Assembly: GCA_041171045.1 (NCBI GenBank)
Contig: JBEDMQ010000102.1
Location: 3,048 to 67,047, forward strand
Source: Pseudomonadota bacterium
Lineage (GTDB): Bacteria > Pseudomonadota > Gammaproteobacteria > Burkholderiales > Burkholderiaceae_A
Reading direction: 5' to 3'
DNA: 64,000 bases
Shown here: one piece after another, positions 8,764 through 20,128 of the stretch
Numbering within the stretch: position 1 is the first letter of the stretch
Layout of the letters: the number at the start of each line of letters is the position of its first letter
Made by a program: the position numbers and the translations under genes
The notes under the pieces: generated by a model
Database searches by the model: none
What the model saw: only the letters and a program-made list of their open reading frames with translations
Told to the model about the DNA's origin: nothing

Positions 8764-9995
8764 GGTCGGCGACGCAGTTGAGCGATCAAGGGCAAGTGGT
8801 CGGAGAGGCTGGCCCAGCGCGGACCACCACCGCCCCGCCGCGAGGCCACCAGATCAAATCCCCTGGCAAACATTCGATCCATGGGCAGTATCGGCATAAA
8901 ACTGGGGAAGGTGCGATCGGGCCGTCGATGTCCCGTTCGACCGATGGCCCGGCCTGATATTTCCTCCAGGCCAAGCGCCTGAAAAGCCGACAGGGGCAGT
9001 TGTCGCCGCCAATCATTGAAGTCACCCGCCACGATCAGCGGCGCAGAGGCTGGCACGGCCCGCTCGATCCAGCCGACCAGATGAGACAACTGTCGAAGAC
9101 GGCTCTGATGCAGCAGCCCAAAATGCACAACAAACAGGTATAAGGCCTCCGAGCCATACCGAACCACCGCATGCAGTACCGACCGCTTCTCGAGGGCATG
9201 ATCCGAGAAATCCTGCGCCTGGACAGTCAGGATTGGAAATTGCGACAGCAGGGCATTGCCGTGATGACCATGCAGGTAGTGCGCCGCTGGTCGGTATACG
9301 GCCTGATGGTATCCATTCGAGAGAAGGTCATGCTGTGATTCGAGGGGCCAATGTGCATGTCGCAGAGCGGCCCGGTCATTGCGTCCTTGCACTTCCTGAA
9401 GAAAGACCAAATCCGCTTGCATGCTGCCCAAGGCGGGCACCATCTCGTGGATGACCAACCGACGTCTCAGGCCCAGAAAGCCACTGGAGTGGCCCTTGTG
9501 AATGTTGTAACTCGCAATGGTGAGCAGCTGGGGAGGTATTAGACGAGACCATCCCAGTCGCTGGGCCAGCTGCTCGATGGCCAACACATTGGTCCATGAG
9601 AAACATCGCTCAGCGGCTCTTTGCCATGGGAGCCACTCGAAACGCAGGTGCTCTCTGGCCGATAAGACCGGCTGTGCGCCCGGTTTGATCTGAACAGAAA
9701 AGACATGCTCGGTGTTGTGGGTAACCCCAGGCGCGTACCGATGTCGCCAGTGCGCAAAAATTTCATAGCGCTGCGTCTGCTGCCAGTCCAGCCAGCTCTC
9801 TGAGGGACAGACAAATCCAGTCTCTTCAAGAAGCTCTCGCTGAGCCGCTACCATCGGGGCCTCAGATTCGTCGTCTAGGCTACCAGTGACTGACTGCCAA
9901 AATCCTGGCTTGTCAGCCCTTTCGATGAGCAGCACCTGACCCTGCCCATCATGGATGACCACCAGGACAGAGATGGGTATCTTGACGGACTTCAT
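8760..9995 (-). CDS. nudB: Fusion protein: NudB (dihydroneopterin triphosphate diphosphatase, Nudix) + YbhP-like endonuclease/exonuclease/phosphatase
   Basis: N-half KIPISVLVVI, FWQSVTGS, AAQRELLEETG, WRHRYAPGVTHNTEH; C-half SYNIHKG, LQEVQG, GNALLS, AGDFNDW, SDHLPL; single uninterrupted 411-aa frame. Confidence 0.88.
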   Translation of the reverse strand: MKSVKIPISVLVVIHDGQGQVLLIERADKPGFWQSVTGSLDDESEAPMVAAQRELLEETGFVCPSESWLDWQQTQRYEIFAHWRHRYAPGVTHNTEHVFSVQIKPGAQPVLSAREHLRFEWLPWQRAAERCFSWTNVLAIEQLAQRLGWSRLIPPQLLTIASYNIHKGHSSGFLGLRRRLVIHEMVPALGSMQADLVFLQEVQGRNDRAALRHAHWPLESQHDLLSNGYHQAVYRPAAHYLHGHHGNALLSQFPILTVQAQDFSDHALEKRSVLHAVVRYGSEALYLFVVHFGLLHQSRLRQLSHLVGWIERAVPASAPLIVAGDFNDWRRQLPLSAFQALGLEEISGRAIGRTGHRRPDRTFPSFMPILPMDRMFARGFDLVASRRGGGGPRWASLSDHLPLIAQLRRRP

Positions 9996-10007
9996 GCCAA
10001 GTCGACG

Positions 10008-10694
10008 CTAGACGTTGGTTCTCTGGCCAAAAAGTGTCGAGACCATCAGGCTAAACAGCAGAAGGGTCAAGAGTGTGACCAGAGCGGCCAGCAGGAGCAG
10101 GCGAATCCCGTCATTTGTTTTTTGATTGACCTGAGCATTTGAGTGATGCGCCTGCAGATGGGCCAGATGCGCCAGACGACCAGCCTTCCAGGCCGGAACG
10201 GCAGCAGCACTCGCCCAGACTGCTGCGGTCGGTACCCATTGCATGAGGCCCAAAAAAGGCAGGGCAACACAGGCCACGTACAGGCCCACTACCATCGTCT
10301 GAACCTGACCCTCGGTTGGATTTGAAGACGAGCGCCATTGGTCATAACAGGCCAATGCGAGGCCCGTTACCAGCCCCACACTCAGCGCAGAAGTCTCAAA
10401 GCGCTGAACAATGAGGAGTACTGTGAGGTTAACCAAAAAGGCCCCATAGCCGGTCAGGATGAGCATCCGGAACCAAAAGGGGAGTCCTTGAATTCGAGCG
10501 AGCCAGGGCCAAGGGCGACTGCCCAGCCAGACCTGTAACACCATCACCGCAGAGGCCTGAAGGGCCGCGAGACTTAAAAGCTCAGGCGCTACAGTGGGAT
10601 TTTCATGCCAGGCAACCGTCATGCCAATCAGGGCGGTGACCGGTGCATAGACCAGCGCCTGCCAGTAATCGATCGGCAGGATCCGATGTGTCAT
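10008..10694 (-). CDS. Multi-pass membrane protein, possibly a degenerate UbiA/MenA prenyltransferase homolog
   Basis: About 7 hydrophobic segments, ATGA-coupled to aspS; termini resemble MenA, but the Asp-rich motifs are missing. Confidence 0.6.
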   Translation of the reverse strand: MTHRILPIDYWQALVYAPVTALIGMTVAWHENPTVAPELLSLAALQASAVMVLQVWLGSRPWPWLARIQGLPFWFRMLILTGYGAFLVNLTVLLIVQRFETSALSVGLVTGLALACYDQWRSSSNPTEGQVQTMVVGLYVACVALPFLGLMQWVPTAAVWASAAAVPAWKAGRLAHLAHLQAHHSNAQVNQKTNDGIRLLLLAALVTLLTLLLFSLMVSTLFGQRTNV

Positions 10695-12487
10695 GCCATG
10701 ACTTTGGGGGCTTCACGCAGACGAATGTGCAGTTCGCGAAGCTGCTTCTCGTCGGCTGGTGATGGTGCCTGGGTCAGCAGACACTGGGCCCTCTGTGTCT
10801 TTGGAAACGCGATCACATCTCGAATCGACTCAGCACCGGTCATCAGGGTCACCAGGCGATCCAGGCCAAACGCCAAGCCGCCATGAGGGGGCGCGCCGTA
10901 GCGAAGGGCATCCAGCAGAAAACCAAACTTGGCCTGGGCCTCTTCGGGTCCGATGTTCAGGGCCCGGAAGACCTTTGACTGGACTTCCTCGCGGTGAATA
11001 CGCACAGATCCCCCGCCCAGCTCCCAGCCGTTCAGAACCATGTCATAAGCCTTTGCCAGACAGGCCCCCGGATCGGAGTCCATCAGGTCCTCGTGGCCAT
11101 CCTTGGGCGCTGTAAACGGGTGATGAACCGCAGTCCAACGTTGGTTGTCCTCATCAAACTCAAACATCGGAAAATCGACCACCCAGAGTGGCTGCCAACC
11201 CGGCTTGAACAGACCATTGGCCTTGGCAAAATCACTCAGGCCAATCTTCAGACGAAGGGCCCCAATGGCATCGTTGACCACCTTGGCCTTATCGGCCCCA
11301 AAGAACACAATGTCCCCGGACTTGGCCTGGGTCAGGTCCAGAATGGCCTGCAAGGCGGTGTCATGGATATTCTTGACAATCGGTGACTGCAGGCCATCCC
11401 GGCCCGCTGCCAGGTCATTGACCTTGATCCAGGCCAAACCCTTGGCGCCGTATATCTTGACGAACTCAGTGTAGGCATCAATCTCACCGCGGCTCATGGA
11501 CGCACCACCCGGCACTCGAAGCGCTACCACGCGACCATTCTTGGCATTGGCTGGTTCAGAGAACACTTTGAACTCCACATCCTTCATCACAGGCGTGAGT
11601 TCAGTCAGGCGCAGATCGATTCTCAGGTCTGGCTTGTCCGAGCCATAGTCTTGCATGGCCTGGGCGTAGGTCATGGTGGGAAACACAGCCGGCAGTTGAA
11701 CCTGCAGATTGTCTGCAAAGACCTGACGAATCATCTCCTCAAACAACGCGCGAATCTCTTGCTCAGTCAAGAAAGAGGTCTCGCAGTCAATCTGGGTGAA
11801 CTCCGGCTGACGGTCTGCTCGGAGGTCTTCGTCACGGAAGCACTTGGTGATCTGGTAGTAGCGGTCGAACCCGGCCACCATAAGGAGCTGTTTGAAGAGT
11901 TGCGGAGACTGAGGCAAGGCAAAGAATTCACCCGCGTGCACCCGAGATGGCACGAGATAGTCCCGCGCACCCTCTGGGGTCGACTTGGTCAGCATGGGGG
12001 TCTCGATGTCGACAAAGCCCTGAGCATCCAGGTAACGACGAATCGCCATGGCGACACGGTATCTGAGCATCAGGTTGTGCTGCATCTGAGGGCGACGAAG
12101 GTCCAGAACCCGATGGGTCAGACGAGTGGTCTCAGAGAGGTTCTCATCATCGAGCTGAAAGGCCGGCGTCACAGATGGGTTGAGAACCTCGAGCTCGGTG
12201 GCGAGGATTTCCACAGCCCCGCTCGCAAGGTTCTGGTTAACCGTTCCCTCGGGCCTACGCCTCACCCGACCCTGAATACGAACACAAAACTCGTTACGAA
12301 GCGATTCCGCTGTGGCGAACACATCGGGCCGATCAGGATCACAGACCACCTGAGCGATGCCCTCTCGGTCACGCAGATCGATAAAGATGACCCCGCCATG
12401 ATCCCGCCGGCGATGCACCCAGCCGCAGAGGGTAACGGTCTGATCGAGTACCTCGGTGGAGAGGCTGCCTGAGAAATGAGTGCGCAT
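10691..12487 (-). CDS. aspS: Aspartate--tRNA ligase
   Basis: [60 protein letters not shown]. Confidence 0.98.
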   Translation of the reverse strand: MRTHFSGSLSTEVLDQTVTLCGWVHRRRDHGGVIFIDLRDREGIAQVVCDPDRPDVFATAESLRNEFCVRIQGRVRRRPEGTVNQNLASGAVEILATELEVLNPSVTPAFQLDDENLSETTRLTHRVLDLRRPQMQHNLMLRYRVAMAIRRYLDAQGFVDIETPMLTKSTPEGARDYLVPSRVHAGEFFALPQSPQLFKQLLMVAGFDRYYQITKCFRDEDLRADRQPEFTQIDCETSFLTEQEIRALFEEMIRQVFADNLQVQLPAVFPTMTYAQAMQDYGSDKPDLRIDLRLTELTPVMKDVEFKVFSEPANAKNGRVVALRVPGGASMSRGEIDAYTEFVKIYGAKGLAWIKVNDLAAGRDGLQSPIVKNIHDTALQAILDLTQAKSGDIVFFGADKAKVVNDAIGALRLKIGLSDFAKANGLFKPGWQPLWVVDFPMFEFDEDNQRWTAVHHPFTAPKDGHEDLMDSDPGACLAKAYDMVLNGWELGGGSVRIHREEVQSKVFRALNIGPEEAQAKFGFLLDALRYGAPPHGGLAFGLDRLVTLMTGAESIRDVIAFPKTQRAQCLLTQAPSPADEKQLRELHIRLREAPKVMA

Positions 12488-12498
12488 GACGATCCTGC

Positions 12499-13104
12499 TT
12501 AAAAGTTGGATTTGGGACTGGCCTGGCTGGATGGCGGAACAGTGCCCATCGAAACGACGTAACGAAGTGCTGCATCAACCGGCATCGATAGAGGGATAAC
12601 GTCCGACTTGGGCAGCATGAGGAAAAAGCCAGAGGTTGGATTGGGCGTGGTCGGAACGTAGACGCTGACCATGTCGGCGCCCAGTACCTGACTCACCTCG
12701 CCCCCGGGCGTGCCAGTGACAAATGCAATGGTGTGAACACCGGGCCGGGGGTATTGCACCAAGACGGCCTGACGAAATGCTTGACCATTCGGCGCCAGAA
12801 TCGTGTCGCTCACCTGTTTTACAGAGGAGTAGATCGAGCGGACCAATGGAATCCTAGCCAGCAAGGCCTCCCAGACCTGCACAAGCCTGCGGCCAATCAA
12901 ATTGGCCCCGAGGAGCCCGGTAAACAAAACCAACAGGGCGACAGCCAGGACGCCAAAGCCGGGAATTTGAAAGCCAAACAACGCCTCTGGGCGCAAACCG
13001 ATTGGCACCACCCCATCGAGGGTCGTGACGATCATGTTGATGACCCAGGCGGTTATGCCAATGGGCACCCAAATCAGCAATCCCGTGACAAAGTAGCGTT
13101 TCAC
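12499..13104 (-). CDS. DUF502 membrane protein
   Basis: [40 protein letters not shown]; GTG start at 13104; commonly precedes aspS. Confidence 0.88.
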   Translation of the reverse strand: MKRYFVTGLLIWVPIGITAWVINMIVTTLDGVVPIGLRPEALFGFQIPGFGVLAVALLVLFTGLLGANLIGRRLVQVWEALLARIPLVRSIYSSVKQVSDTILAPNGQAFRQAVLVQYPRPGVHTIAFVTGTPGGEVSQVLGADMVSVYVPTTPNPTSGFFLMLPKSDVIPLSMPVDAALRYVVSMGTVPPSSQASPKSNF

Positions 13105-13131
13105 CGCGCAGCCTTTCGACATCAGAGCGTC

Positions 13132-13165
13132 AAAAAACAAAGCGCCGCGGAATGCGGCGCTTTTT
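13132..13165 (-). terminator. Intrinsic terminator-like hairpin downstream of ssb / in the DUF502-aspS leader
   Basis: AAAGCGCCGC-ATTCC-GCGGCGCTTT followed by GTTTTTT on the minus strand. Confidence 0.7.
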
Positions 13166-13218
13166 CCGACTCAGTCCCATTTTACTGGGTTTCGCCCTTA
13201 AAACAGGGCTCCAGCTGC

Positions 13219-13689
13219 TTAAAAGGGAATGTCATCATCCAAGTCGTCAAAGCCAGATGCTTTGGCACCGCCGGGTTTGCCCCCGCCGCTGGAGGCCGCC
13301 GGCATGCCCGGGTCATCCGATGGACCAGATGGACCGCCGCTCGAACCGCCGCCGTCACGCCCGCCCAGAAGTTGCATCTGGTCGGCCACGATCTCCGTGG
13401 TGTACTTCTCTTGACCGGCCTGGTCCTGCCATTTGCGAGTACGCAGCCGGCCCTCCACGTAGACCGGACGACCTTTTTTGAGGTACTCACCGGCAATCTC
13501 GGCGAGGCGACCGAAAAAAACGACACGGTGCCACTCGGTGTCCTCCCGCATATCCCCGCTTGACTTGTCCTTGTATCGCGAGGTGGTAGCAATTGAGACG
13601 TTGGCGATGGCTCCGCCATCGGGCGAATAACGGACCTCGGGGTCTCGGCCCAGGTTGCCCAACAGAATGACTTTGTTTACAGATGCCAT
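13219..13689 (-). CDS. ssb: Single-stranded DNA-binding protein
   Basis: [28 protein letters not shown]-terminal DDDIPF. Confidence 0.98.
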   Translation of the reverse strand: MASVNKVILLGNLGRDPEVRYSPDGGAIANVSIATTSRYKDKSSGDMREDTEWHRVVFFGRLAEIAGEYLKKGRPVYVEGRLRTRKWQDQAGQEKYTTEIVADQMQLLGGRDGGGSSGGPSGPSDDPGMPAASSGGGKPGGAKASGFDDLDDDIPF

Positions 13690-13746
13690 GTCACACACTC
13701 CATGAAGTAAAAGGGTCCCTACCCTAGAAATCGGATGGCTTCGGCG

Positions 13747-14988
13747 CTATCCACCAGTGGGATGATCAGCCGAACGACCGGCAGAACGAGCCCCAATTTC
13801 GACAAGACCTAGCGACATGATGCCCCAAATCGACAGGATGCCCAGGCAGAACAGGAAGATGCCTGTCAGACCGAAAGCCTTGGCCGCCAGACCGCCAGCA
13901 AGCCCACCAACAAACAAGCCCAATGACTGCGCCGTGTTGTAAAGCCCCATGACCAAGCCACGTTGCCGGACTGGAGCAGACCGCGAGACCCAAGACGGCA
14001 ACAGGGCCTCCATGAGGTTAAAGCCAAACATGAATAGCCAAATGGCGAACATCCAGCCGGGGAATTCGTCAGACTGCAGGAAGACCAGCTCCCCGACCAT
14101 CAGAATGGCGATGCCGACCAGAAAAATGGGGCGAAATCGGCCTCGTCTCTCCGCCCAGAAGATCAGCGGGATCATGCCAACAAAAGCCAACACGAGCATC
14201 GGCAGATAAACCTGCCAATGGCTGCTGGTCTGCAGCCCAAAACCCTGTAGGCCCAGCGGAATGGCTACAAACATAGCAGTCTGAACGGCCATCATGGCAA
14301 AAATCCCCAGGTTGAGGCGGCCCAGCTGACCATCAAAGAAAAGGGCCCAGCCGGATCGAAGAGGCGGTGCATCCTCCTGTGAGGATTGGGCAGTCGCACT
14401 CGCCGGCTCCTCAGGAACTCTCATCACCATGAGACAGGCCATCAGCGCCAACACACCAGTAAGGCCCAGCAGTCCCGATAGGCCTATTACGCCGTAGAGC
14501 AAGGGTGCAGCAACCAAGGACAAGGCAAAAGCCAGCCCAATCGAGGCCCCCACCATCGCCATGGCCCTGGTTCGGACCACCTCTCGAGTTCGGTCCGCCA
14601 AAAAGGCGCTGACTGCGGCTGAGACCGCCCCAGCGCCCTGAAGGGCCCGACCCACAATCAACACCCAGACAGAATCGGCATTGGCCGCCAGAAAGCTGCC
14701 CAAGGCAAAAACCAGCAGCCCAAACACGATGACGCGTCGACGACCGAGCCGGTCCGACGCCATCCCAAAGGGCAACTGCAAAAGGGCCTGGGTAAGACCG
14801 TAAATCCCCAGGGCCAGTCCAATCAGCCGCGGGTCATCTCCACCGTGGAGTTGCTGGGCGCCCAGCGCCATGACAGGCAGCATGAGAAACAGGCCCAGCA
14901 TCCTCAGGCCAATCACAAATGACAGCGAGAGACTGGCCGAGCGCTCCTGGGAGGTAAAGGCAATCCGGTTGTTCGCGTGCGAAGACAT
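13747..14988 (-). CDS. MFS transporter (YajR-like)
   Basis: LRMLGLF, motif [11 protein letters not shown], about 12 TM; usual uvrA-MFS-ssb context. Confidence 0.9.
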   Translation of the reverse strand: MSSHANNRIAFTSQERSASLSLSFVIGLRMLGLFLMLPVMALGAQQLHGGDDPRLIGLALGIYGLTQALLQLPFGMASDRLGRRRVIVFGLLVFALGSFLAANADSVWVLIVGRALQGAGAVSAAVSAFLADRTREVVRTRAMAMVGASIGLAFALSLVAAPLLYGVIGLSGLLGLTGVLALMACLMVMRVPEEPASATAQSSQEDAPPLRSGWALFFDGQLGRLNLGIFAMMAVQTAMFVAIPLGLQGFGLQTSSHWQVYLPMLVLAFVGMIPLIFWAERRGRFRPIFLVGIAILMVGELVFLQSDEFPGWMFAIWLFMFGFNLMEALLPSWVSRSAPVRQRGLVMGLYNTAQSLGLFVGGLAGGLAAKAFGLTGIFLFCLGILSIWGIMSLGLVEIGARSAGRSADHPTGG

Positions 14989-15026
14989 CGTTCGATATAG
15001 TAGTTGATTGACCTTTTTTGATCGCG

Positions 15027-17963
15027 ATGACCGAGAATCGACTGATCCGAGTTCGGGGTGCCCGGACCCACAACCTAAAAAACCTAAACCTAGACCTGCC
15101 GCGAGACCAATTGGTGGTGATCACAGGCGTGTCCGGTTCAGGTAAGTCATCCCTGGCCTTCGATACGCTCTACGCCGAGGGTCAGCGTCGGTACGTGGAG
15201 TCACTGTCGGCCTACGCCCGGCAATTTTTAGAACTCATGGCCCGGCCAGATGTTGATCTGATCGAAGGTCTATCCCCAGCGATTGCCATTGAACAAAAAG
15301 CTGGAAACCACAATCCTCGATCGACCGTCGGAACAGTCACCGAGATTCTGGACTACCTCAGGCTATTGTTTGCCAGAGCCGGAACGGCCCACTGCCCCAA
15401 CCATCCCGACGTCAGCCTGGCTGGCCAGAGCCTGACCGAGATGGTCGATGGCCTGATGAAACTGCCCAGTCAGACCAAACTCATCCTGCTGGCTCCAATC
15501 GCCTCGACCGATGCCGATGGTCTGCCGAGCCTGTTGGACGGTCTTCGCGCCCAGGGCTTTTCCAGGGTGCGCCTCCGAAGCCAGCAGGCCGAGTGGATCG
15601 AGCATCGGCTGGACGATCCACTGCCCGGCTTGTCCGGTCAGGCCAATGACGTCCAGGTCGTCATCGATCGGGTCCGTGTTCGACAAGAGGCCCGTGAACA
15701 AGATGACTTTCGTCAGCGACTGGCCGAATCCCTGGAGACCGCCATGCGGGTTGGGCAGGACAAGGCCATCGTCTGTGTTGAGGTCGATCCGGCGGAGGCC
15801 CGCCCCAGCGACCAGTGCACCCGAGGCGCCACGGAGCACGTCCTGTCCCAACGATTGGCCTGCCCCCACTGCGGCTTTTCCATCAAACACCTGGAGCCAA
15901 ACCAGTTTAGTTTCAACGCGCCATCCGGTGCCTGCCCAAGCTGCGATGGCCTAGGGGAGCAGGATTACTTTGATCCCAACCTGGTCGTGGCCTTTCCGCA
16001 CCTGTCTCTGTCCTCTGGAGCCATCGTCGGCTGGGATGCCCGTAATCCCTTTGCCTGGTCTCTGATTCAAAGCCTCGCTCAGCATGCGAATTTTTCGGTT
16101 GATGCACCCTTTGAAACCCTCACCGAGGTCCAGAAAAGCCTGCTGCTCTATGGTTCTGGGGACGTCAGCGTCACACTGACTTTTCCGGCAGAACGCGGCA
16201 AGTCCACAACCAGGCAGCAGCCCTTTGAGGGCATCATCCCCAACCTCGCTCGGAGATGGCGAGAGACCGACAACCAGGCCGTTAAAGAGGAGATCGGTCG
16301 ATTCAGACGACGCAGACCTTGCCCGGACTGCAATGGCTCGCGACTCGCGCCCCTGGCCAGGGCAGTTCGTCTCGGTGAGGGGGGTGTCAGCCTTCGCCTG
16401 CCAGAACTGTTGGCCATGCCACTGCAACTTGCGGACGATGCGCTGACAAAGCTAGAGCTCAAGGGTGGACGGCAAGCCGTAGCAGAACGGCTCCTGTCCG
16501 AGGTTCGCAGCCGCCTTGGATTTCTGATCAATGTCGGGCTGTCGTATCTCAGCCTAGACCGTGCTGCAACCGGTTTGTCGGGCGGAGAGTCCCAGAGAAT
16601 TCGACTGGCCAGTCAGATTGGTGCGGGCTTGTCTGGCGTCATGTATGTCCTCGATGAACCCTCCATCGGACTTCACCAGAGAGACAACGACCGCCTGCTG
16701 GGTACCTTGCGCCATCTCCGAGATCTGGGCAACGCCGTCATCGTGGTTGAACACGATGAGGATGCCATCCGAACCGCCGACTATGTCGTTGACATGGGGC
16801 CAGGCGCCGGAACCCATGGTGGGGAGATCATCGCCCAAGGCTCCCCCCAAGACGTGATGGCCAATCCGCAGTCCCTCACCGGTGCCTACCTCAGTGGACG
16901 CCTGGCGATTGCCGTGCCCTCCAAGCGTCGAGCCCCAGATGGGCGTTGGCTGCGCATCTGCGGCGCAAGAGGCCACAACCTTCGAATCGACCAGGTCGAC
17001 CTGCCAGTCGGCTGCCTCATCTGTGTCACGGGCGTATCTGGCAGTGGCAAATCCACACTGATCAATGACACACTGGTCGCGGCGGCCGCCTGCCAACTCA
17101 ATGGTGCCCAAGCCAAGCCGGCGCCCCATGACGCCATCGAGGGCCTGGAAGCTTTCGACCGGCTGATTGATGTCGACCAGAGCCCCATTGGTCGGACCCC
17201 CAGGAGCAACCCGGCCACCTACACCGGGCTGTTCACCACCATTCGTGAGCTGTTCGCAGGCTCTCCCATGGCTCGCGAACGGGGCTACGACTCAGGTCGT
17301 TTCTCTTTTAACGTGAAGGGTGGCCGGTGTGAGGCCTGTCAAGGCGACGGATTGGTGAAGGTGGAGATGCATTTTCTGCCAGACCTCTATGTGCCCTGTG
17401 ACCTCTGCCATGGCCTGCGCTACAACCGTGAAACCCTGGATGTTCGTTATAGGGGTAAGAACATCTCAGAGGTCTTGGATCTGACCGTCGAGGACGCCCT
17501 CGACTTTTTCTCTGCGGTGCCTAACTTGGCCCGCAGACTCACCATGCTGCAGGAGGTCGGGCTTGGCTATATCCGACTGGGCCAGAGTGCGACCACCCTG
17601 TCAGGAGGTGAGGCACAGCGAATCAAGCTGGCCTGCGAACTCGCGAAGCGGGATACCGGTAAAACGCTGTATGTGCTCGATGAGCCGACCACTGGTCTTC
17701 ACTTTCAAGACATCGATTTACTGCTGCGAGTCCTGTTTAAGCTCAGAGACCAGGGCAACACGGTGGTCATCATTGAACACAACCTAGATGTGATCAAAAC
17801 AGCGGACTGGATCATTGACCTGGGCCCCGAAGGCGGCCAAGGCGGAGGTCAAGTGGTGGCCTTCGGAACACCGGAATCCATCTGCACGGTCCAGGCCAGT
17901 CACACAGGCCAATACCTGGGCCGACTGCTCAGGCCAGCCACTCAGTCAGCCAGGCGTCCCTGA
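15027..17963 (+). CDS. uvrA: Excinuclease ABC subunit A
   Basis: [10 protein letters not shown], two GVSGSGKS Walker A motifs, LSGGE signatures, CxxC zinc fingers, TPRSNPATY. Confidence 0.97.
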   Translation: MTENRLIRVRGARTHNLKNLNLDLPRDQLVVITGVSGSGKSSLAFDTLYAEGQRRYVESLSAYARQFLELMARPDVDLIEGLSPAIAIEQKAGNHNPRSTVGTVTEILDYLRLLFARAGTAHCPNHPDVSLAGQSLTEMVDGLMKLPSQTKLILLAPIASTDADGLPSLLDGLRAQGFSRVRLRSQQAEWIEHRLDDPLPGLSGQANDVQVVIDRVRVRQEAREQDDFRQRLAESLETAMRVGQDKAIVCVEVDPAEARPSDQCTRGATEHVLSQRLACPHCGFSIKHLEPNQFSFNAPSGACPSCDGLGEQDYFDPNLVVAFPHLSLSSGAIVGWDARNPFAWSLIQSLAQHANFSVDAPFETLTEVQKSLLLYGSGDVSVTLTFPAERGKSTTRQQPFEGIIPNLARRWRETDNQAVKEEIGRFRRRRPCPDCNGSRLAPLARAVRLGEGGVSLRLPELLAMPLQLADDALTKLELKGGRQAVAERLLSEVRSRLGFLINVGLSYLSLDRAATGLSGGESQRIRLASQIGAGLSGVMYVLDEPSIGLHQRDNDRLLGTLRHLRDLGNAVIVVEHDEDAIRTADYVVDMGPGAGTHGGEIIAQGSPQDVMANPQSLTGAYLSGRLAIAVPSKRRAPDGRWLRICGARGHNLRIDQVDLPVGCLICVTGVSGSGKSTLINDTLVAAAACQLNGAQAKPAPHDAIEGLEAFDRLIDVDQSPIGRTPRSNPATYTGLFTTIRELFAGSPMARERGYDSGRFSFNVKGGRCEACQGDGLVKVEMHFLPDLYVPCDLCHGLRYNRETLDVRYRGKNISEVLDLTVEDALDFFSAVPNLARRLTMLQEVGLGYIRLGQSATTLSGGEAQRIKLACELAKRDTGKTLYVLDEPTTGLHFQDIDLLLRVLFKLRDQGNTVVIIEHNLDVIKTADWIIDLGPEGGQGGGQVVAFGTPESICTVQASHTGQYLGRLLRPATQSARRP

Positions 17964-18568
17964 GCCAACACCCGAAACTGGCCAGACCGGTCTGGCATGG
18001 CCACCACCAACTCGCCCATGGCCAGATAGACCCCCGTCAGGGCAGAGATGGTCACCTGGTGGGTCACCCAGACTTCAAACCCACGCTCTGCCTGCTGAAG
18101 TCGAGCGGCAGCATGGGCGCGGGCTTCACGCAACTGAGCCTGCCGGTCCCCATGCCCCTGAAAAAAAGAATTCAGAGCCGGAAAAGGTTGGACTGCGGCC
18201 TGGCTTGAGAAAGCCAGCCTGGCCGTCTCCAAGCATCGACACCATTGGCTGCTGAGGACGCGCTGGGGCTGTAAGCCCTGCCTGAAGAACCACTGGCCTA
18301 GTCGCACCGACTGCTGACGTCCGTCTTGGGACAGGTTGCGCTGAGTGGAACAGTCAGACAGGCGGAAATTTTCTGGGTCACCGAGGCCAGGCTCGGTCTG
18401 GGCGTGCCGAATCATGACCACCGCGCCGGGCGTTTTCATGGCTCGAACGAGGCTGGCCTGATCCTGTTCGGCTGCCCAGACGCCCGAGAATCCCAAGGAG
18501 AGTCCCGACCATAGCAAGGTCGATGTGAGGATGAGGCGGAAAAATCGCTGCAGGCGGGTGAGGCTCAT
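17942..18568 (-). CDS. Exported histidine phosphatase superfamily protein
   Basis: Signal peptide, MIRHAQT (RHG-type motif), [24 protein letters not shown]; 3' end overlaps uvrA by 22 bp. Confidence 0.8.
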   Translation of the reverse strand: MSLTRLQRFFRLILTSTLLWSGLSLGFSGVWAAEQDQASLVRAMKTPGAVVMIRHAQTEPGLGDPENFRLSDCSTQRNLSQDGRQQSVRLGQWFFRQGLQPQRVLSSQWCRCLETARLAFSSQAAVQPFPALNSFFQGHGDRQAQLREARAHAAARLQQAERGFEVWVTHQVTISALTGVYLAMGELVVAMPDRSGQFRVLAQGRLAD

Positions 18569-18619
18569 GGGTATTCGAGAACCTCGCCCGAAAAAAGTTT
18601 CGCCTGCAGCCTGCTTCTG

Positions 18620-20086
18620 CTATCGAGGCAGATTCGACGCGCCCATGAGGAAGTGGTCCACCGCGTGGGCTGCCTGTCGACCTTCACGAATGGCCCAGAC
18701 CACCAAGGACTGTCCGCGCCGCATGTCACCGGCCGAGAAGACTTTGGCCACGTTGGTGGTGTAAGCCTTGCTGCCCTCCGTCGGAGACTTGGCGTTACCG
18801 CGCTGATCACGGTCCACCCCAAAGGCCTCCAACACCGACCCAACTGGTGATACGAATCCCATGGCCAGCAAAACCAAGTCTGCCTGGAAGACCCTCTCGG
18901 TACCAGGCACCTCTTGGAGCTTGCCATCCTTCATCTCAATCTGAACAGCCTTGAGCCCAGTCACCCGGCCGTTTTCACCGACGAACTCCTTGGTGGCAAT
19001 CGCAAACTCACGTTCACAACCTTCCTCATGACTGCTCGAGGTTCTGAGCTTCGTCGGCCAGTAAGGCCACGTCATCGCTTTGTTCTCGTGCTCCGGGGGC
19101 ATGGGCATGAGTTCAAACTGGGTCACGCTCTTGGCGCCGTGCCGATTGCTCGTTCCAACACAGTCAGAACCTGTATCACCCCCACCAATGACCACGACGT
19201 GCTTGCCGTCCGCACGAATCTGTCCCGGAAAGCCATCGCCTGCATTGACCTTGTTCTGCATGGGCAGGAATTCCATCGCAAAGTGCACGCCAGCCAATTC
19301 CCGGCCTGGCACTGGCAAGTCACGGGGTTGCTCGGCCCCGCCCGTCAGAAGCACGGCATCAAAATCAGCCATCAGGGACTCCGGGCTCACCGTCTGACTG
19401 GCCCAATTGGTGACCTTGGTGTCAGCGGGCAGGTTGGCGACCAGGGTGCTGGTCTTGAACAACACGCCCTCGGCCCTCATCTGCTCGACACGACGGTCGA
19501 TGTGATGCTTTTCCATCTTGAAGTCGGGGATCCCATAACGCAGGAGTCCACCAATACGATCGTTCTTCTCAAAGACCGTGACCTCATGGCCAGCCCGAGC
19601 CAGTTGCTGCGCAGCGGCCAGGCCTGCCGGCCCAGATCCAATGACTGCGACCCGCTTGCCGGTCTTGTGGCTGGGCGGTTGAGGTTGAACCCAGCCTTCA
19701 GCCCAGCCTCTGTCGATGATGGCGTGTTCGATGGATTTGATGCCAACGGCTTCGCTGTTGAAGTTCAGCGTACAAGCCGCTTCGCAGGGTGCGGGACAGA
19801 TGCGCCCCGTGAACTCCGGGAAATTATTGGTCGAGTGCAGCGTGTCAAGAGCCTCGCGCCATTGGTCTCTGTAGACCAGGTCGTTGAAGTCCGGAATGAT
19901 GTTGTTAACTGGGCAGCCGTTGTTACAAAAAGGAATGCCACAGTCCATGCATCGAGCGGCCTGCTGGTTGGCCTGCTCCGGGGTGAGCCCAATGACAAAC
20001 TCTTTGTAGTGCTTGAGCCGCTGGCTAGCGTCCTCGTAGCCCTCTTCCAACCTCTCGAGCTCCATAAATCCAGTGATTTTTCCCAT
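18620..20086 (-). CDS. gltD: Glutamate synthase small subunit
   Basis: [52 protein letters not shown]. Confidence 0.97.
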   Translation of the reverse strand: MGKITGFMELERLEEGYEDASQRLKHYKEFVIGLTPEQANQQAARCMDCGIPFCNNGCPVNNIIPDFNDLVYRDQWREALDTLHSTNNFPEFTGRICPAPCEAACTLNFNSEAVGIKSIEHAIIDRGWAEGWVQPQPPSHKTGKRVAVIGSGPAGLAAAQQLARAGHEVTVFEKNDRIGGLLRYGIPDFKMEKHHIDRRVEQMRAEGVLFKTSTLVANLPADTKVTNWASQTVSPESLMADFDAVLLTGGAEQPRDLPVPGRELAGVHFAMEFLPMQNKVNAGDGFPGQIRADGKHVVVIGGGDTGSDCVGTSNRHGAKSVTQFELMPMPPEHENKAMTWPYWPTKLRTSSSHEEGCEREFAIATKEFVGENGRVTGLKAVQIEMKDGKLQEVPGTERVFQADLVLLAMGFVSPVGSVLEAFGVDRDQRGNAKSPTEGSKAYTTNVAKVFSAGDMRRGQSLVVWAIREGRQAAHAVDHFLMGASNLPR

Positions 20087-20128
20087 GTTCTGTCCTGTTA
20101 AATGTTCGTTGGATCGACTTGGTTGAGC

